64,000 nt of DNA from Dehalococcoidia bacterium. Lineage in GTDB: Bacteria; Chloroflexota; Dehalococcoidia; Lucifugimonadales; Australimonadaceae. The notes beneath the pieces are model-generated. The model ran no database searches, was not told the origin of the DNA, and saw only the letters and a list, made by a program, of their open reading frames with translations. A program made the position numbers and the translations under genes. The stretch lies in NCBI GenBank assembly GCA_022449765.1, contig JAKUPZ010000003.1, forward strand, positions 92,441 through 156,440, given 5' to 3'. This document shows, one piece after another, positions 18,426 through 29,270 of this stretch (positions within the stretch are counted from its first letter, which is position 1; every line of letters starts with the position of its first letter).

Positions 18426-19334
18426 CTAAATACCCCTAGCAGCTAATTCCTGATCAGGTTGTAAGGAGCGCACGCTGATACCTACCATGGCTTCTCCTAG
18501 ACCTTTGGATGCTTCTGCTAAGGCGTAAGCATCTTTGTAATGGGTAACTGATTTTACAATAGCTTTAGCTCTTGCTGAAGGGTCCCCAGATTTAAAAATA
18601 CCTGAACCAACGAATACACCATCGGCACCCAATTGCATCATGAGTGCTGCATCGGCAGGAGTTGCAACACCACCTGCTGCAAAATTAACAACTGGGAGTT
18701 TGCCTTCTTTTTTTACAATGCGGAGTAGTTCAAGAGAAACGCCCAAGTCTCTGGCGTAGGCTGTCAATTCGTCATCGCCCATTACATGTAAGCGTTTTAT
18801 TTGCTTATTGACTGTTCGCATATGCCTAACAGCCTCAACTACGTCGCCAGTGCCTGCTTCTCCTTTTGTTCGGATCATAGCTGCACCTTCACCAATGCGC
18901 CTTAAGGCTTCACCCAAGTCGCGACATCCACAAACGAAAGGAATTTTAAAGTCGTGTTTCCAAACATGATGCTCTTCATCCGCAGGTGTTAGAACTTCAG
19001 ATTCATCGATATAGTCAATACCGATAGCTTCAAGGATTTGGGCTTCAACGAAATGGCCTATTCGTACTTTTGCCATTACAGGGATAGTGACTGATTTCAT
19101 GATTTCTTCAATCATTTCTGGATCAGACATTCGGGCTACCCCCCCGTCTGCACGAATATCAGCGGGGACACGCTCAAGAGCCATGACTGAGCATGCACCA
19201 GCATCTTCAGCTATTTTTGCTTGGTCGGCATCGACAACATCCATGATGACGCCACCCTTAAGCATTTGTGCTAGGCCTGCTTTGATAGCAAAAGAGCCAG
19301 TTTCTACACTAGTGTTAGTTTCATTTGTAGGCAT
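18426..19334 (-). CDS. pdxS: pyridoxal 5'-phosphate synthase lyase subunit PdxS
   Basis: 302 aa. GGVIMDV, PFVCGC and [10 protein letters not shown] motifs. Confidence 0.95.
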   Translation of the reverse strand: MPTNETNTSVETGSFAIKAGLAQMLKGGVIMDVVDADQAKIAEDAGACSVMALERVPADIRADGGVARMSDPEMIEEIMKSVTIPVMAKVRIGHFVEAQILEAIGIDYIDESEVLTPADEEHHVWKHDFKIPFVCGCRDLGEALRRIGEGAAMIRTKGEAGTGDVVEAVRHMRTVNKQIKRLHVMGDDELTAYARDLGVSLELLRIVKKEGKLPVVNFAAGGVATPADAALMMQLGADGVFVGSGIFKSGDPSARAKAIVKSVTHYKDAYALAEASKGLGEAMVGISVRSLQPDQELAARGI

Positions 19335-19391
19335 GCGTTCCTCCCCCTATACATAGTATAACGATAAAGGAAACAGATGCAGAATGCCATT

Positions 19392-21098
19392 TTATAAATC
19401 ATCTTTGGCAAGTAGTATCTTTGCTTCAGGCACGACATCATCTAGTCCTATTTTGGAGCTAGAATCGTCTCTCCTTCGCTTTAACTCTATAACTCCGTCC
19501 TTCAGGTTCCTCGGACTTACGATGATCCTTAAAGGGAGCCCCAGTAAATCAGAGTCATTGAATTTTACCCCCGCGGTTTCTAGGCGATCGTCCCATAATA
19601 CGTCACAACCCGAGTCAATTAAGGCTTGATATAAAACAGCGGACGTAGATGAGACTTCTTCGTTATCGATATTCAGTGAAATAAGTTGTACCTGGTATGG
19701 AGCTATAGGTGCAGGGAAAATAATTCCTTTGTCGTCGTGATTTTGCTCAATTGCAGCAGCCAGTATTCGGGAGACTCCGATTCCATAGCAACCCATTAGA
19801 ACAGGTGAAAGCTTTCCCTGTTCATCTGCGTATTCAAGGCCCAATGCGTCCGTGAAAAACGTTCCAAGTTTGAAGACATGCCCCACCTCAATGCCTCTAG
19901 TTGAGACTAAAATGCCTTTCCCATCAGGGCTTTTGTCACCTTCGCGTGCAGTTGCAATATCAAGGATTTCATCAACTTTGAAGTCCCTTGGGTAATTCAC
20001 ATTGATGTAATGTTTGTCATTGATATTGGCCCCAGCTGCATAATTGCCTCCTGATTCAATTGAAAAATCGGCAATGGTTCGGATGTTATTTAGACCAATC
20101 GGTGATGTCGAGCCAGGTGTCAGGCTCGATAGGCGGGTTTCCTCCTCTGTTGCGAGATGTAAATCAGTTACATGTAAATGGTTTTTTAATTTTACTTCGT
20201 TGACTTCTATATCTCCGCGAATTGTAACAAGGATGAGTTCGGAGTCTGCTTGGTAAAATACCGCTTTCAATGTTTGCTCTTCAGCTATGCCCAAAAAGGA
20301 GGATAGTTCTTCAATGGTTTTTACCGAAGGGGTATCGATTAATTCGAGCTCATCAGGTTCAGTGATTACAACGTTGGAGATAGTAGATTTTGCTCGCTCA
20401 ACGTTTGCTGCATAGCCCGATTCATTGCAAAAAAGGATTAAATCCTCCCCGCTTTCGGCGGGCATTATGAATTCATGAGAGTCTTTTCCTCCAATGGCTC
20501 CACTATCTGCTTCTACTTCTATGGTGGGTAAGCCACATCGACGGAAAATATTTCGGTAAGCTTCACGCATACGTTGGTAGCTCTCATCTAAACTATTTTG
20601 GTTAAGATTAAAAGAATAGGCGTCTTTCATAATGAATTCACGCCCTCTTAGTAGGCCTGCTCGTGGCCTGGGTTCATCTCGAAACTTAGTTTGTATTTGG
20701 TACAGAGTAACTGGCAGATCTCGGTACGACTCTATATGCGCAGCAGCCATGGCTGTAATAGTTTCCTCGTGAGTGGGCGCCAAAACCATTTCCCGCTCAC
20801 GTCGGTCTTTTAGCGTAAAAAGATTATCTCCAAAAGCTTCGTTTCTTCGTGTTTGCTGCCATATTTCTAAAGGCTGCAGTGCAGGCATGAGCACTTCTTG
20901 TCCGTTGGCAGCATTCATTTCTTCGCGAACGATTTGCTCAATTTTTTGGATTGAACGCAAGGCGAGAGGGAGATATGAATAGACCCCCGAGGTAACTTGG
21001 AGAATCATTCCGGAGCGAAGCATTAATTTATGACTGATAGTTTCTACTTCACTAGGGTCATCCCGTAATGTTTTTGATAGTAATTTGGAAACACGCAT
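19392..21098 (-). CDS. proS: proline--tRNA ligase (bacterial type with editing insertion)
   Basis: 568 aa. MRVSKLLSKTLRDDPSE..., class II motifs, C-terminal anticodon-binding domain. Confidence 0.95.
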   Translation of the reverse strand: MRVSKLLSKTLRDDPSEVETISHKLMLRSGMILQVTSGVYSYLPLALRSIQKIEQIVREEMNAANGQEVLMPALQPLEIWQQTRRNEAFGDNLFTLKDRREREMVLAPTHEETITAMAAAHIESYRDLPVTLYQIQTKFRDEPRPRAGLLRGREFIMKDAYSFNLNQNSLDESYQRMREAYRNIFRRCGLPTIEVEADSGAIGGKDSHEFIMPAESGEDLILFCNESGYAANVERAKSTISNVVITEPDELELIDTPSVKTIEELSSFLGIAEEQTLKAVFYQADSELILVTIRGDIEVNEVKLKNHLHVTDLHLATEEETRLSSLTPGSTSPIGLNNIRTIADFSIESGGNYAAGANINDKHYINVNYPRDFKVDEILDIATAREGDKSPDGKGILVSTRGIEVGHVFKLGTFFTDALGLEYADEQGKLSPVLMGCYGIGVSRILAAAIEQNHDDKGIIFPAPIAPYQVQLISLNIDNEEVSSTSAVLYQALIDSGCDVLWDDRLETAGVKFNDSDLLGLPLRIIVSPRNLKDGVIELKRRRDDSSSKIGLDDVVPEAKILLAKDDL

Positions 21099-21235
21099 TA
21101 TTAGTATGTCCCTAATAAAAAGATGTGCATAGTTTATAGCCTAGGTTCACTCGCATGATAGGTATCTAATTTTCTTTGTAAGGTGGATAGATTTTTGAGC
21201 CGTTCAATACGTATCGGGAGGCGACTGGATACGTT

Positions 21236-22375
21236 CTATAAATGCGAATTAGCAGTGTATTCAATTTCCTCTAAGAGGGCGGATAGCATATTTTCTTCTT
21301 CAACAACTCGGGCTTTCTTCCCTTTGCGAAAAATAACGGCTCTTCCATTGCCTGCAGCAATACCAACATCTGCATCCTTAGCTTCTCCTGGCCCATTGAC
21401 TTCACACCCCATTACAGCAACCTTGATATTTGAATCAAGATCTTTAAGCATTGAATCGACAGTATTAGCCAATTTTCTGATATCCACGTCGGCTCTACCA
21501 CACGAAGGGCATGCTACTATTTGTACTCCCTTATCACGAAGATTTAATGCTTTAAGAATTTCAAAGCCTACTTCAACTTCTTCTTTAGATTCATCACTGA
21601 GTGACACTCGGATGGTGTCTCCAATTCCTTCATAAAGCAGCGTGCCTAGGCCGATAGCACTTCGTATGGATCCCGAACGTGCCGTGCCGGACTCTGTAAT
21701 CCCTAAATGGAAGGGATATGGAATCATTGGAGCTAATTTTCGATACGCTTCAACAGTTGTATCAATGTCATAAGCCTTAAGTGATATTTTAATAAGATCA
21801 AAATCTAGATCTTCTAAGAGCTGAATTTCCCAAAGTCCAGTGGCGACCATATGATCTACGGCTGAAATAGCGCCGTTTTCAATTTCCTTCGAGGAGCCTT
21901 TAAGGAGCTGATTGACGCCATCTGCATGACGATGCTGCCCTTTTGTAACACCAATTGCACCTACTGGAGGAAGGCTTCCAAAATTAACGCCTATCCGTAT
22001 AGGAATTTCGCGAATCTTTGCTTCTTGCACGATGGATTTAACCTTTTCAGCATCACGGATATTCCCAGGGTTTAAGCGGAGGCAGTCCACACCTTGTCGC
22101 AACGATTCCAATGCCAGTTGGTCATGGAAATGGATGTCTGCAATTAGTGGGATTGAAATTTGGGATTTGATGGATCCCAGTGCTTTTGCAGCTTCCATAT
22201 CAGGCACAGCACATCGTATGAGTTCACATCCGGATTCCTCAAGTTCCTTAATTTGCTTTACGGTAGCGGACACATCTCGAGTATCTGTTTTGGTCATCGA
22301 TTGGACAGTGATAGGTGCATCACCTCCAATTTTTACATTACCCACCCAAAGGGGTTTGCTGTTTCTGCGATTCAT
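21236..22375 (-). CDS. ispG: 4-hydroxy-3-methylbut-2-en-1-yl diphosphate synthase
   Basis: 379 aa. GGDAPITVQSMT, CPSCGR and MGCEVNGPGE motifs. Confidence 0.95.
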   Translation of the reverse strand: MNRRNSKPLWVGNVKIGGDAPITVQSMTKTDTRDVSATVKQIKELEESGCELIRCAVPDMEAAKALGSIKSQISIPLIADIHFHDQLALESLRQGVDCLRLNPGNIRDAEKVKSIVQEAKIREIPIRIGVNFGSLPPVGAIGVTKGQHRHADGVNQLLKGSSKEIENGAISAVDHMVATGLWEIQLLEDLDFDLIKISLKAYDIDTTVEAYRKLAPMIPYPFHLGITESGTARSGSIRSAIGLGTLLYEGIGDTIRVSLSDESKEEVEVGFEILKALNLRDKGVQIVACPSCGRADVDIRKLANTVDSMLKDLDSNIKVAVMGCEVNGPGEAKDADVGIAAGNGRAVIFRKGKKARVVEEENMLSALLEEIEYTANSHL

Positions 22376-22401
22376 AGCATGTACATTGTAGTCAGAGATT
22401 G

Positions 22402-23673
22402 TTACGCGGGTCCAATTATTTGCTGGATATCGTTGACAGTGATCATAAAGATTAACCCTATTAAGCTGAAGAACCCGACTAAGTGAATTAGTTTTTCATG
22501 TTGTGGAGATAAGCGCTTACCACCACTAACTAATTCAAATAAGACGAACACAATACGACCTCCGTCAAGTGCTGGTATTGGCAGTAGATTGAGAATTCCA
22601 AGATTTATAGAGAGGATTCCAGCCCACAGTAGTAAAGAATTAATGCCTGATTTTGCGACATCACCTGTGATTTTGGCTATTCCCACTGGGCCAGCCAATT
22701 GAAGTTGAGTTGTCCCTTTTAGCAAAGATGAAACTTCACGACCGATTAATGAGAATATGCTGGTTAGTTGCTCAATGCTCATTTCAGTAGCCTTGAAGAT
22801 ATTATTTGATCGTTTGATAGAGCCTAGTGTGGAAGTCGAAATTTCCTCGATAGATATAAGGGGGTCAGTTATTGGTATTTTTTTTAAAGTTGAGCCTCTG
22901 AGAAGTAGAATTTCATAAGGCTCGGTAGTGCTTTCCATAAGTTCATAGAATTCGCCACTATCAAAAACCCTTACTCCATTTACCTGCAGGATCAAGTCAC
23001 TGCTTCGGAACCCAAGAGTCTCAAAGCTAGAACCCAGAGGCACATTTTTTAGATAAACTCGTCCATTGCCTATTTTGATTCCTATACTACCCTCTCCTTC
23101 AGGGGGATTTTCACGTATTTCAGGTATATAGATTTCTTTTAAGCTATCGTTGCGTTCGATTACCCAATTTGAGGAAGCATTTAAATTGGATTGGATCAGA
23201 TTCAATAAGTCGTTTGAATTGAAGATGGTATCGCCTTCAACAGTGCTGACGATATCCCCTTTTGCTAGACCGGCTTTTTCCGCGGGTGAATTCGCTGCGA
23301 CCTCTAGGATGACAACTTTCGTTTCATGAACAGAGTGAGGAATGATGAACGCTCCCCAAAAAAGGAAAATGGGTAAGAGAAGATTCATTGCAGAACCTGC
23401 ACTTAAAATTGCGAGTCGTTGCCAAGGGCTCTTTCGAGAAAAGCTTCCCTGCTCACTACTTTCTTCCTCCCCTAACATTCGAACAAATCCCCCGAGCGGC
23501 AGTGAATTGAGGGAATAGACAGTCTCTTTAAAAGTAAAACTGAAGAGCCTTGGAGGATACCCCAGGCCAAATTCTATAATTTTTACTTTAAATAGCTTTG
23601 CAATCGAAAAATGCCCTAGCTCGTGGACAAGGACAAGGATCGTTAGAATCCCTAAGAAAGCTAGAATAGTCAT
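22402..23673 (-). CDS. rseP: RIP site-2 metalloprotease (M50, RseP-like) with PDZ domains
   Basis: HELGHF near the N-terminus, C-terminal NLLPIPALDGG. 423 aa. Confidence 0.88.
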   Translation of the reverse strand: MTILAFLGILTILVLVHELGHFSIAKLFKVKIIEFGLGYPPRLFSFTFKETVYSLNSLPLGGFVRMLGEEESSEQGSFSRKSPWQRLAILSAGSAMNLLLPIFLFWGAFIIPHSVHETKVVILEVAANSPAEKAGLAKGDIVSTVEGDTIFNSNDLLNLIQSNLNASSNWVIERNDSLKEIYIPEIRENPPEGEGSIGIKIGNGRVYLKNVPLGSSFETLGFRSSDLILQVNGVRVFDSGEFYELMESTTEPYEILLLRGSTLKKIPITDPLISIEEISTSTLGSIKRSNNIFKATEMSIEQLTSIFSLIGREVSSLLKGTTQLQLAGPVGIAKITGDVAKSGINSLLLWAGILSINLGILNLLPIPALDGGRIVFVLFELVSGGKRLSPQHEKLIHLVGFFSLIGLIFMITVNDIQQIIGPA

Positions 23674-23675
23674 AT

Positions 23676-24812
23676 TTAATTTTTTTTCGCGTTAGCAATA
23701 AATTGCTTTATATGACTACGAGCAAAAGCATCCGCTTCCAGAATGTCTTCCAAACAAGATACGGCGTTAGGTGTATGCGCATCAAGTACATTGCGAAGTA
23801 GAGCAGGTATATCGTTGAAACCTATCGATCCGCCAAGAAAATGATGTACACACTCCTCATCAGCAGAACTTAATACAGTAGGGTAAGTTAATCCTTTTAG
23901 TCCTGCCTGTAGCCCTATTGAAAAACACGGATATCGACTTAAATCGAGCTTTTCAAATGTCAATGAGGGGTAATCTAAAGGATTGTATGCTGCTAAAGAT
24001 GGATTAAATTGACGTTCGGGATAAGTAAGAGCTACTTGAATGGGCGTTCGCATATCGGGAGGGCCTATTTGGGCCTTCACAGAGCCGTCAGCGAATTCGA
24101 CCATCGAGTGAATTACGCTTTGTGGATGGATATAAACTTCAATTTTATCGAAAGGTATGTCGAATAACCATCTGCTTTCAATTACTTCAAAGGCCTTATT
24201 CATAAGAGTTGATGAATCGATAGTTATTTTTTCCCCCATTTTCCACGTCGGGTGAGCTAGTGCCTGTTCAGGTGTAATTAGCTCAAATTTGTCTAACGGA
24301 GTTTTTCGAAAAGGACCTCCAGATGCGGTAATTAATAATTTACTAGGCAAACTACTTTCCCCTCTAAGGCATTGCCAAATTGCAGAAGGTTCGCTATCGA
24401 CAGGGATTAGTTGTGCATTGTGTTTTCGTGCATGTTGCACTAGCAATTCGCCTGCCATAACTATGACTTCTTTATTTGCGAGGGCTACCGTTTTGCCGGC
24501 TTCAAGTGCTTTTAAGGTAGGTAGAAGTCCAGATAAACCTGTAGAAGCTATCATTACCAATTCCACTTTAGGATTCGTAACCATGTGCTCAACAGTACTG
24601 ATAAGAGAAGGATCGATCTTTTTTGTTAATTCTTCTATTGGATTCGCACAAACCATCAATGGTTTGTGCTCATTTACCTGTGCGCATAGTAAATTGACAT
24701 TAGCGCCCGCTGATAAGCCTAGTATATTGAACTGACCTGGAAGGTTTCGTACGACATCTAATGTCTGTGTACCTATTGAACCAGTGGAGCCTAAAATTAC
24801 TATATTTTTCAT
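23676..24812 (-). CDS. dxr: 1-deoxy-D-xylulose 5-phosphate reductoisomerase
   Basis: ILGSTGSIGTQTLDV, LANKE and HPTWKMG motifs. Confidence 0.95.
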   Translation of the reverse strand: MKNIVILGSTGSIGTQTLDVVRNLPGQFNILGLSAGANVNLLCAQVNEHKPLMVCANPIEELTKKIDPSLISTVEHMVTNPKVELVMIASTGLSGLLPTLKALEAGKTVALANKEVIVMAGELLVQHARKHNAQLIPVDSEPSAIWQCLRGESSLPSKLLITASGGPFRKTPLDKFELITPEQALAHPTWKMGEKITIDSSTLMNKAFEVIESRWLFDIPFDKIEVYIHPQSVIHSMVEFADGSVKAQIGPPDMRTPIQVALTYPERQFNPSLAAYNPLDYPSLTFEKLDLSRYPCFSIGLQAGLKGLTYPTVLSSADEECVHHFLGGSIGFNDIPALLRNVLDAHTPNAVSCLEDILEADAFARSHIKQFIANAKKN

Positions 24813-24817
24813 TGTCC

Positions 24818-25645
24818 TTAAGCTCCGGGCCAGTATATAAAAACGAGGTATACAAAAGGGAAGATAGGGATAAGGCTATCCAGCCGATCTAGGATTCCAC
24901 CATGTCCGGGAATGATTTTCCCTGAGTCCTTTACGTTAGCTAAACGCTTAAAGGTTGATTCTAGCAGGTCACCAGCTTGTGAAAGCACTCCGATTCCTAG
25001 CCCTAATATTAAAGATAAGGCAAGATCGTTTGGAATTGCATCGAAAAAATGATTAAGAGCAAATGCACAAAAGATAGCACTGCATATTCCGAATCCAGCG
25101 CCTTCCCAAGTTTTATTAGGTGAAACCGAAGGAATTAGCTTGTGTCGACCAACAAGCTTTCCTCCAATATAAGCTCCTGTATCCGTAGCGAAGGTTGTGA
25201 GTATTGCAAATATAGACCAATGAAGGCCATTAGGTTCCAATCGCATTAGAACTAAAGATGAGATAGGTAATGAAACGTAAAGGATACCTGTAGAAGTCAC
25301 GCTCCAATCTCCAATGGCAATCAGTGATTGGCGTGTAATTAATGAGATGAGAGCCAGTATAAAAGCAGCAAATATCCAATATAGCAACTGATCGATCTCA
25401 TTAAATTGGAGGCCTGCGATAAGGCAGGCTGCAATTATTGCTCCTTGCGGAATTAATGGTTGCCAGCCAGCTTTTTTTAAAAGAGTAAGTAATTCATGAG
25501 TACCTATGTAAACAGCAAAACTAGCGGCAAGAACAAACCAGACGCCTCCAAGTCCAAAGACTAGCCCTAGTGCTGGTAAATAAAGTAACGCACTTATTAG
25601 GCGCAGCTGGAGATTTGTAAAATTAAATGTATTCATGATCTTCAC
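24818..25645 (-). CDS. cdsA: phosphatidate cytidylyltransferase
   Basis: Polytopic. C-terminal signature SxFKRxxxxKDSGxxIPGHGGILDRLDS. The start may be the ATG at 25636. Confidence 0.87.
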   Translation of the reverse strand: MKIMNTFNFTNLQLRLISALLYLPALGLVFGLGGVWFVLAASFAVYIGTHELLTLLKKAGWQPLIPQGAIIAACLIAGLQFNEIDQLLYWIFAAFILALISLITRQSLIAIGDWSVTSTGILYVSLPISSLVLMRLEPNGLHWSIFAILTTFATDTGAYIGGKLVGRHKLIPSVSPNKTWEGAGFGICSAIFCAFALNHFFDAIPNDLALSLILGLGIGVLSQAGDLLESTFKRLANVKDSGKIIPGHGGILDRLDSLIPIFPFVYLVFIYWPGA

Positions 25646-26387
25646 TTAGAGCATCAGATGTAGCTCCGAATTTACGTTGCCTTAATAGATATTCATCAAG
25701 GGCCCTTTGTACTTCTTTCTCGTCAAATTCAGGCCAGAAAATTGGAGTTTGGTAATATTCGCTATAAGCAGCTTGCCATATAAGGAAATTACTTAATCTT
25801 TGCTCTCCTGCTGTACGAATAATCAAATCAGGGTAAGGAACGTCTGGTAAATAAAGGTTGGATTGAATTAACTCTTCAGTAATTTCTCCCGGGTCACTTG
25901 TTTGCTCCATGATTCTTTTAACTGCCTGAACAATTTCTGCTCTCCCTCCATAGTCGAAAGCAACACAAAGTGTTAAACCGGTGTTGCCCTGTGTCCTATC
26001 TACGGCGGCAGTGATGGATTGCCTGAGTTTAGGTGATAGACGATGGAGAGCCCCCAAATGCCGTATACGTACGTTCCTCTTGTGAAGCTCGTTTACTTGA
26101 GCGTCAATTGCTGTTTGGAGAATAACCATTAATCCTGATATTTCTGAGTCGGGCCTGCCCCAGTTTTCGGTTGAGAATGCATAGAGAGTTACATATTTTA
26201 CAGACTGGGATTGAAGCGCATTTAAAACGCGTGCAATATTTTCAGTGCCAGCTTGATGGCCTGCAGTGCGAGGAAGACCCTTTTCAGTTGCCCATCGCCC
26301 ATTCCCGTCCATTATGATTGCCACGTGATTTGGCAATTTTTGCTCCAAAGGCTTAAAAGGAGAAGTGTCGTGAGGGCCTAGTGCCAT
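25623..26387 (-). CDS. uppS: isoprenyl (undecaprenyl) diphosphate synthase, cis-prenyltransferase
   Basis: HVAIIMDGNGRWA, TLYAFSTENW and RLSNFLIWQ motifs. Confidence 0.92.
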   Translation of the reverse strand: MALGPHDTSPFKPLEQKLPNHVAIIMDGNGRWATEKGLPRTAGHQAGTENIARVLNALQSQSVKYVTLYAFSTENWGRPDSEISGLMVILQTAIDAQVNELHKRNVRIRHLGALHRLSPKLRQSITAAVDRTQGNTGLTLCVAFDYGGRAEIVQAVKRIMEQTSDPGEITEELIQSNLYLPDVPYPDLIIRTAGEQRLSNFLIWQAAYSEYYQTPIFWPEFDEKEVQRALDEYLLRQRKFGATSDALSEDHEYI

Positions 26388-26390
26388 GCA

Positions 26391-26960
26391 TTAGACCTCC
26401 ATTAATTCTGATTCTTTTCGCGATGTTTCACTGTCAGCGCGAGATATGTGGGAATCAGTAATTTTTTGTAGAGAATCCTGTTCTCGTCGTAAATCATCTT
26501 GTGAGATCTCTTTGTTTTTCTCGAGACTTCTTAAGTGTTCTAAAGCGTCACGCCTTACGTTTCGAATAGAAACATGGGTGTCTTCTTGGAGTCGCTTCAA
26601 TCGCTTAACCATTTCTTGCCGGCGCTCCTGGGTCATTTGCGGTATAGATAGCCTTATTACAGAGCCATCGTTATTAGGAGTGAGGCCGAGCTCAGATTTT
26701 TGCAATTCCTTTTCAATGGAAGACAAAGAGTTTTTGTCGAAAGGTTGAATTATTAGCATGCGTGGTTCCGGTACCGAAACGGTAGCCAGTTGATTAATAG
26801 GCATTAATGTTCCATAAGCTTCAATTTTTAATGAGTCAAGCATACTTGGGTTTGCACGACCAGTTCGAATTGAATCCATCTCGAGCTTTAAAAAGTCTAA
26901 AGACTTTTGCATTCGCTCTTCAGCATCTTCTAAGATGAGTGTGACTTCCTCGTTCTCCAT
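26391..26960 (-). CDS. frr: ribosome recycling factor
   Basis: 189 aa. Typical RRF pattern (RTGRANPSMLD..., IRNVRRDA). Confidence 0.95.
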   Translation of the reverse strand: MENEEVTLILEDAEERMQKSLDFLKLEMDSIRTGRANPSMLDSLKIEAYGTLMPINQLATVSVPEPRMLIIQPFDKNSLSSIEKELQKSELGLTPNNDGSVIRLSIPQMTQERRQEMVKRLKRLQEDTHVSIRNVRRDALEHLRSLEKNKEISQDDLRREQDSLQKITDSHISRADSETSRKESELMEV

Positions 26961-26984
26961 TTACGATGCCTTCCTGGCTGCTTG

Positions 26985-27716
26985 TTATTTATTCGTTGAG
27001 TTTATCAGTGTGCCTATGTGCTCCCCAGAAAGGATTCGGCTTATCGAATCACGGTTGAACACATCGAATACATGAATTGGTAGTTTATTTTCCATACATA
27101 GAGATAATGCGGTGGGGTCCATTACCTGCAGTTGCCGATTTAATATTTCTATATAACTAACGCTGTGAAATTTTTTGGCATTGGGATTTTGCTTAGGATC
27201 CGAATCGTATACGCCATCAACGGCATTCTTTGCCATCAAGAGCAAGTCAGCGTTCATTTCTATAGCACGTAACGCTGCAGTAGTATCAGTCGTCATGTAA
27301 GGATTCCCTGTTCCTGCTGCAAAAACAACTACTCTCTTCTTTTCAAGATGCCTTACAGCACGTCTGTAGATATAAGGTTCAGCAACAGCACGAATTTCTA
27401 GTGCGGATTGCGTGCGAGTAACTACACCAACGCGCTCTAAGGAATCTTGAAGTGCTAGCGCATTGATGATAGTAGCCAGCATTCCTGCGTAATCAGCGGT
27501 CGCACGGTCCATGCCCTCTTGCTCTGCCTCGGCACCACGCCAAATATTACCTCCACCTACAACTAGTGCTATTTGAACACCTAGGCCGATACCTTTTTTT
27601 ACTTCGTTCGCTAAATATTCAAGAACTGACCAATCAATACCATCGGATGAACTGCCACGCAACGATTCACCACTAAGTTTCAAAACCGCGCGTTTAAATT
27701 CGGAGGGCTTACGCAT
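26985..27716 (-). CDS. pyrH: UMP kinase
   Basis: RAVLKLSGE..., [24 protein letters not shown]. Confidence 0.95.
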   Translation of the reverse strand: MRKPSEFKRAVLKLSGESLRGSSSDGIDWSVLEYLANEVKKGIGLGVQIALVVGGGNIWRGAEAEQEGMDRATADYAGMLATIINALALQDSLERVGVVTRTQSALEIRAVAEPYIYRRAVRHLEKKRVVVFAAGTGNPYMTTDTTAALRAIEMNADLLLMAKNAVDGVYDSDPKQNPNAKKFHSVSYIEILNRQLQVMDPTALSLCMENKLPIHVFDVFNRDSISRILSGEHIGTLINSTNK

Positions 27717-27724
27717 TCGCTATG

Positions 27725-28228
27725 CTACTCGCCAAGACCAAAACGCTGGAATCTTCCTACCCTGATGTTTTCGCCGACCTTAGCTCGAACTTCAAGAATT
27801 AAGTCAGATATTGTCTTGCTGGAGTCCTTAATGAACGACTGGTTCATTAAGCAAATTTCATCAGAACTCCTTTTTTCACCTTCAGGAATTTCTTCCTCAC
27901 TAAGGTAAATTGGAGACATGGCGGCAACTTGCATTGCGATATTGTGTGCTAATTCTTGAAATTCAGGTGTTCTACCTACAAAGTCAGTTTCACAGTTTAG
28001 TTCAACCATCGCTCCGATTCGGCTACCTGCATGTATGTAGGAATCTATGATTCCTTCAGCGGTGGTACGGCCTGCTTTGGAGGCAGCTTTTGCAATACCT
28101 TTAGCGCGAAGCGTATTTTCAGCTTCATCGATATCGCCATTAGAGGCTTCAAGAGCCTTTTTGGAGTCCATTATTCCTGCGCCTGTTCTTTCGCGCAGGA
28201 GGCGTATAGAGTCAGTAGAAACCTGCAA
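27725..28228 (-). CDS. tsf: translation elongation factor Ts (short form, 167 aa)
   Basis: N-terminal UBA-like LRERTGAGIMDSKKAL, then NCETDFV. Confidence 0.85.
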   Translation of the reverse strand: MQVSTDSIRLLRERTGAGIMDSKKALEASNGDIDEAENTLRAKGIAKAASKAGRTTAEGIIDSYIHAGSRIGAMVELNCETDFVGRTPEFQELAHNIAMQVAAMSPIYLSEEEIPEGEKRSSDEICLMNQSFIKDSSKTISDLILEVRAKVGENIRVGRFQRFGLGE

Positions 28229-28253
28229 CTATTTTCCTTTCTTACTCTTCAAA

Positions 28254-29204
28254 CTATTCTGAAGAACCGGATTCTGTAGATTCGGTCTCAGCGGCTTCAA
28301 CGGCACTTAGTTCGAGATCTTCCTTTTCGTTTGTTGTATCAGTCTCCGATTCCAAGTCCTCTTCTTGAATAGGCTCTATCGGTTCATCAATAACTTGGCT
28401 GTAACCACCCCGAGAGGAAAGCCATTCATTGTGACCTTCCATAGCAGATTGAGCTATATGGTGACAGATTAATCGGATTGAGCGGATAGCGTCATCATTG
28501 CCGGGGATGGGCCAGTCAACTCTGGTAGGGCTGCAGTCGGTATCTACAAGCGCGATGATTGGAACACCTGCTTTTTTTGCTTCTGCAACTGCGATGTCTT
28601 CTCTTCCTACATCGACAATAAACATTGCGCCAGGAAGTTCGGTCATTTCTTTAATTCCACCTAAATAGCGATTGAGCTTTTCTATGGAGGCCTCTAGTTT
28701 TAGAGCCTCTTTTTTAGGCAGCCTTGAAAATTCGCCTCTATCCCTTCTGGCTTCTAACCGGACAAGATAATCTATTCTTTTTTCGATAGTTTCAAAGTTA
28801 GTTATTGTGCCGCCTAGCCATCGCTGGTTTACATAATATTGCCCAGCTCGAATGGCTTCGTCACGTACTGCATCTTGAGCTTGTTTTTTCGTACCCACCA
28901 TTAAAATGCGCTTGCCCGTAGCCGCTACCTTGTTGGCAAATTCGCAGGCCTGTTCTAGTAGGCCCATGGTTTGCTGAAGGTCAACAATATGGATTCCATT
29001 GCGTTGAGCAAAAATAAAACGCCGCATTTGAGGATTCCATCGGTGGGTTTGGTGACCAAAATGCACACCTGCCTCTAGCAGCGCTTTCATACTTAGGGCT
29101 TCATCACCTAAAGGAATATTATCCTGATTAGGATTGAGCGTAGTTTCTTGTACCATGAGACCTACCTTCCCGTCGTTCTGAGAGATTTCTATGAAGTTAG
29201 ACAT
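28254..29204 (-). CDS. rpsB: 30S ribosomal protein S2 (N- and C-terminally extended)
   Basis: Core [21 protein letters not shown] begins at about residue 38. Acidic C-terminal tail. An alternative start is ATG 29156 (MVQETT), 6 nt after GGAAGGTAGG. Confidence 0.88.
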   Translation of the reverse strand: MSNFIEISQNDGKVGLMVQETTLNPNQDNIPLGDEALSMKALLEAGVHFGHQTHRWNPQMRRFIFAQRNGIHIVDLQQTMGLLEQACEFANKVAATGKRILMVGTKKQAQDAVRDEAIRAGQYYVNQRWLGGTITNFETIEKRIDYLVRLEARRDRGEFSRLPKKEALKLEASIEKLNRYLGGIKEMTELPGAMFIVDVGREDIAVAEAKKAGVPIIALVDTDCSPTRVDWPIPGNDDAIRSIRLICHHIAQSAMEGHNEWLSSRGGYSQVIDEPIEPIQEEDLESETDTTNEKEDLELSAVEAAETESTESGSSE

Positions 29205-29270
29205 CCTTCATAGGTTGACGAAATTGTATCATAATCATTTACCTCACACATGGAACAGCTTTTAATTCGG

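Noticed and set aside
21099-21235. Possible T-box leader upstream of proS
   Set aside because: Only 137 nt separate the proS start from the ispG stop. No T-box core (AGGGTGGNACCGCG-like) or specifier/antiterminator architecture is visible on the proS strand.
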